A DNA stretch of 27,500 nucleotides from an uncultured bacterium (GTDB lineage: Bacteria > CSSED10-310 > CAZUFC01). The DNA lies in the NCBI GenBank assembly GCA_964619725.1, contig CAZUFC010000042.1:1-27500 (forward strand), in the 5' to 3' direction. The translations under genes and the position numbers were made by a program. Positions 24,210 to 27,500 of this stretch are shown in pieces. Position 1 is the stretch's first letter; each line of letters begins with the position of its first letter. The notes beneath the pieces were generated by a model. It searched no databases, was not told the DNA's origin, and saw only the letters and a program-made list of their open reading frames with translations.

Positions 24210-26088
24210 GCGGCATTTCCTTCACTTCCTCTTCCCCTGCCTTCCCCATTTCCTCTGTCGGCGGAGGAATAACGATTTCCGACGATTTTCTTCTGACCGG
24301 TCTCACGACCCCTTCAAGTTTTATACAACGAAAACGGTCCGTTCCCGGAATTCGATCCAATCGATAATATTCCCGCTCCGGAAATGTTTTTTTAATCCGT
24401 TCCAGGAAATTTTCCTCCTCAAGCCCGGGTATAAATATTACGGGTCCCGTCAATCTTGGGTCATTCCAGAGAAAAACATTGCCTCTGAAATATATGGGAT
24501 CGACAAATAATACGGCTTTTTTCAAAGTTTTCAACCCTTGCACGTCCGATTTTTCCAATATGACCGGCAGCTTTCCGTAATGAGTCAGATGAATCGGCCA
24601 CCCCAAGAAAAAAGCCTGTAAAAATAAAAACGACGCCGAAGCGATAATGAATAACCCGCTTGAAAAAGCGAATGGAAAATTGGTTTTTACTTTAATGGTT
24701 TTAATGCCCTCTTTGAAGGCGCTTCCTCCCCTGACTGCCAAAAACAGAACGGCAGGCATAGCCTCCAGATAATAGCGGGGACCGAAGTTGGGGCTTGGAG
24801 TGAAATAAGCGATGTAAAGCCCGACGGTCGTAATCATGATCCCGAAAAAAATGAAATCGTACCTGTTTCGTGATTTTCCGAATAAAGCCGCGAACATTAA
24901 AATCACGGGAAGCCCCAGCGCATATCCGCCGCCCCAGCAGAACAGGTCCTGATTCAATAATTCGAGATTAGCGCCGGCGTTCTGAAGTCCTCGTTTCAGG
25001 TCGTGACCGCTGTATCCCCCGCCGGGAAGCGGAAAACCGATATCCTCTCCGAAACCCAGTCTTCGATATGGGCTGACCCTGTAACGTGGATTATCGAACC
25101 ACTTGCCGGTCAATGCAAAATTATAATAAGCATTGAAGGAGAAAAATAGTATAATGGGAATGACGATCAGAAATATTCCCTTTAATTTGTATCTTCCTTT
25201 GAATAAGCGAATGACTCCGTAAACAGCAGGAAAGAATCCGAAAGTAAAACCGACCTGGGGACGCGTGATTAAAACCATTCCAAGACTGATTCCGCACAAT
25301 AAAGCTTGTCGGCTGCGCTGCGATCTGTCCCATTCTGTGAAGAAATAAAACGCCAGACTCATGAAAAGCAGGGCCGTGGGATGAGACATAAAAATCGCGG
25401 ACTGTATCAGGTAAAACGGCGATAAAATTCCCAATATTCCGACCGCCAGGCACATTTTCCTTCCGTAAAGCTTCAATCCAAGCTTCTGGATGACCAGCAA
25501 GGATAATGCTCCAAGTATAGGATTCACCAGCCAGGGAATACCCGCAAGAATTCCTACAGCAAGCAAAAACGGATATCCCGGATAAACCGATCCGAACCAC
25601 TTTCCGTTATACATCATTATGAAAGGGAAACGGAAAAGCTCAGCGTCCGCCGGTATAGGCGCAGAAAAGCGGCCATGAGATATATTGATCGCCTGAAAAT
25701 AATAGTTGAAGGCATCAAAAACGCGAGGCGTCGCACGTATCACGTACCAGCAAATGAATGAGGATACGAAGAAAAATATGAGAGGAAAAATGTAATAATT
25801 TCGATATAAAAATGTAACGGATGGCCTCAGCCTCTCTCCTGAACGTTTAATGCTGCGGGAACCGGAAACTAACAAACATAAAGCTATGGATGCAAAAATG
25901 CACGACGGGATCATCCGGTTCTGCTGAAGACGGGCGTATTGCAGATAAATGAAAGATCGCTCCCGGTAATCCTCTACTCCGCTGATGTCTACAAGCTCAT
26001 CCCGCCCCGAAAAATATCCGTCGACCAACCAGACGGCCGCCAAAACAAAAAAAAACGCTGTTGCCCAAATTGCCGACTTCCGGGTCAT
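24190..26088 (-). CDS. GT-C-fold membrane glycosyltransferase (ArnT/GT39/GT83 PMT_2-like)
   Basis: PRVFDAFNYYFQA, YPGYPFLLA.G, VNPILG, SPFY..QSAIFMSH, TRP and GPRYYLE motifs. Start placed at ATG 26088 (SD-like GGAAAGGA; a promoter-like motif lies inside the longer ORF). Overlaps the next gene by 20 nt. Confidence 0.78.
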   Translation of the reverse strand: MTRKSAIWATAFFFVLAAVWLVDGYFSGRDELVDISGVEDYRERSFIYLQYARLQQNRMIPSCIFASIALCLLVSGSRSIKRSGERLRPSVTFLYRNYYIFPLIFFFVSSFICWYVIRATPRVFDAFNYYFQAINISHGRFSAPIPADAELFRFPFIMMYNGKWFGSVYPGYPFLLAVGILAGIPWLVNPILGALSLLVIQKLGLKLYGRKMCLAVGILGILSPFYLIQSAIFMSHPTALLFMSLAFYFFTEWDRSQRSRQALLCGISLGMVLITRPQVGFTFGFFPAVYGVIRLFKGRYKLKGIFLIVIPIILFFSFNAYYNFALTGKWFDNPRYRVSPYRRLGFGEDIGFPLPGGGYSGHDLKRGLQNAGANLELLNQDLFCWGGGYALGLPVILMFAALFGKSRNRYDFIFFGIMITTVGLYIAYFTPSPNFGPRYYLEAMPAVLFLAVRGGSAFKEGIKTIKVKTNFPFAFSSGLFIIASASFLFLQAFFLGWPIHLTHYGKLPVILEKSDVQGLKTLKKAVLFVDPIYFRGNVFLWNDPRLTGPVIFIPGLEEENFLERIKKTFPEREYYRLDRIPGTDRFRCIKLEGVVRPVRRKSSEIVIPPPTEEMGKAGEEEVKEMPHGESGE

Positions 26089-26140
26089 CTTATCCTTTCC
26101 TTCTCCATTTGAATGATGAATCCAATGAAAAGCCGAGTGA

Positions 26141-26168
26141 ATGTTACCACAAGGAAGCAACGCGTCAA
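26141..26168 (-). promoter_or_regulatory. Putative sigma70-type promoter for the glycan operon
   Basis: TTGACG (26163-26168), 16 nt, then TAACAT (26141-26146) with an extended TG motif; about 50 nt upstream of ATG 26088. Confidence 0.5.
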
Positions 26169-26214
26169 GAACACCTGTGCAACGATATGCAACCTTATCA
26201 CTCCGCCCGATCCT

Positions 26215-26964
26215 TCACAGCACACTGACTATTAATTGCTTCGGACTCCCTGCTTTGAAAACCGACATATCATAATTGCCGTATTTTCGTTCGATCTTGA
26301 ATCCGTTGTATTTCAGAAGCGCATCGATTTCCTGAGGAAAAAAAATCCGCATGTTCAGATCGTCAACCATTTCCCTGCCGTCCGGATACTGATGGTAAAG
26401 CTTGATTCTGTTAACCTGCAAAGCATCATCATATACATTGTTTTCCGTTACCGTGATCTTCCCCTCTCCATCCGGCGACTCATATTCGCTGTGAGCATAA
26501 CGCTTTTCTTTGTCGCGTACGAAAAAACTAAAATCAGGATTAAAAATATCAATAATGAATCGCCCATCACTCCTCAAATGCCGGCGGACGCAATAAAAAA
26601 ACAATTCTATCTCTTCAAGCGAATGTAACTCGCTCAATGAATTGAACGGTATAAAAATCAGAGCAAACTTCTTATTCAAATAAAAATCACGAGCATCACC
26701 ATATATCCATTCAATATCAACGTTCACCTGGCGTGACTTTCTTTTCGCTTCTTTCAACATGGATTCAGATTTGTCCAATCCACTGATGAGATGTCCCCGC
26801 TGTGCCAAAGGTATCGTCAATCGACCCGTACCGCATGCCATTTCAAGGATCGGCTCCCCATACTTTTCCGCAACATCAATCCAAAACGGAACATCGTCAT
26901 TAAATTTAACCCTCCTGTCATAATGCCGGCCGTCAAAATAAAGTCCCTCTTTTCTTTCTTCCAT
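26215..26964 (-). CDS. Class I SAM-dependent methyltransferase
   Basis: ILEMACGTGR motif I, GLDKSESML, GDARDF, HLRSDGRFIID; SD AGGAGG upstream. Confidence 0.93.
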   Translation of the reverse strand: MEERKEGLYFDGRHYDRRVKFNDDVPFWIDVAEKYGEPILEMACGTGRLTIPLAQRGHLISGLDKSESMLKEAKRKSRQVNVDIEWIYGDARDFYLNKKFALIFIPFNSLSELHSLEEIELFFYCVRRHLRSDGRFIIDIFNPDFSFFVRDKEKRYAHSEYESPDGEGKITVTENNVYDDALQVNRIKLYHQYPDGREMVDDLNMRIFFPQEIDALLKYNGFKIERKYGNYDMSVFKAGSPKQLIVSVL

Positions 26965-27035
26965 ATCCCCGGCCTCCTTTCAAATTATTCAAATAAATAT
27001 TATTGAGTTCCAGGACATTCCGATCTTACTGAATA

Positions 27036-27500
27036 AAAAAGTAATCTGTCCACAAAACAGCGATTCCCCTACATAATTCTCGTCAGCATTAAGACAAAAA
27101 CTATAAAGCCCCGGCAAAGCCAACGACATTGGACATCTGCAGCATGACCCCAAGTTCTTCAAGGGTTGACGAAGGGCTCTGACCCCACCGCAAGCCCCAC
27201 GGCATCGGACGCCGACAGCATGACCTCAGGTTTTTCAAGGGTTGACGAAGGGCTCTGACCCCAGCGTAAACCCCACGGCATCGGACGCCGGCAGCACGGC
27301 CCCTGGTTCTTCAAGGGTTGACGAAGGGCTCTGACCCCAGCGCAAACCAAAAAGTAATCTGTCCACAAAACAGCGATTCCCCTACATAATTCTCGTCAGC
27401 ATTAAGACAAAAACTATAAAGCCCCGGCAAAGCCAACGACATTGGACATCTGCAGCATGACCCCAAGTTCTTCAAGGGTTGACGAAGGGCTCTGACCCCA
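27036..27500. repeat. Nested tandem repeat: three ~76-bp units inside a 313-bp unit that restarts at 27349
   Basis: 30-bp core TTCAAGGGTTGACGAAGGGCTCTGACCCCA at 27158, 27234, 27310 and 27471; 27036-27187 is identical to 27349-27500. Confidence 0.92.

Noticed and set aside
26161-26964. Methyltransferase as an integron cassette
   Set aside because: No attC-like RYYYAAC...GTTRRRY structure at its 3' end and no integrase in the window.
27159-27368. 69-aa ORF
   Set aside because: Translation of the tandem repeat; no protein-like features.
10979-27368. CTGTCCACAAA shared between the MITE-like left end and the 313-bp repeat
   Set aside because: Only 11 bp match, with unrelated flanks; insufficient to link the two elements.
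27158-27500. CRISPR array (30-bp repeat, 46-bp spacers)
   Set aside because: The spacers are homologous to each other, one interval is 131 bp, the block is duplicated as a whole, and no cas genes are in the window.

Overview
Bacterial chromosomal window, almost all genes on the minus strand. (1) A ~3,480-aa secreted giant protein (117-10568) made of five tandem ~540-610-aa right-handed beta-helix modules. Each module has a 'YYVD..GDD.NDGLSW..AK' N-cap and a 'D.DG..RP...D(M/I)GADE' C-cap. Modules are joined by Pro/Thr linkers, and the protein ends in a dockerin-like and a probable cohesin-like domain. (2) A 1.8-kb non-coding region crowded with several unrelated non-autonomous repeats (MITE-like, REP-like, hexamer array, direct repeats). 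One ~245-bp MITE recurs at 17680, has 9-bp target duplications, and appears to insert into GC-rich hairpins. (3) Housekeeping-type genes: iron-sulfur flavoprotein, CPA2 antiporter with USP domains, rpsT, DUF401 permease and a small lipoprotein-like protein. (4) A cell-surface glycan locus: two GT-C-type membrane glycosyltransferases, an AsnB-type amidotransferase, an (alpha/alpha)6-barrel protein and a Wzx flippase, preceded by a SAM methyltransferase. (5) A nested 76-bp/313-bp tandem repeat at the right edge that resembles CRISPR but is not one. All family calls come from motif recognition by eye; no searches were run.
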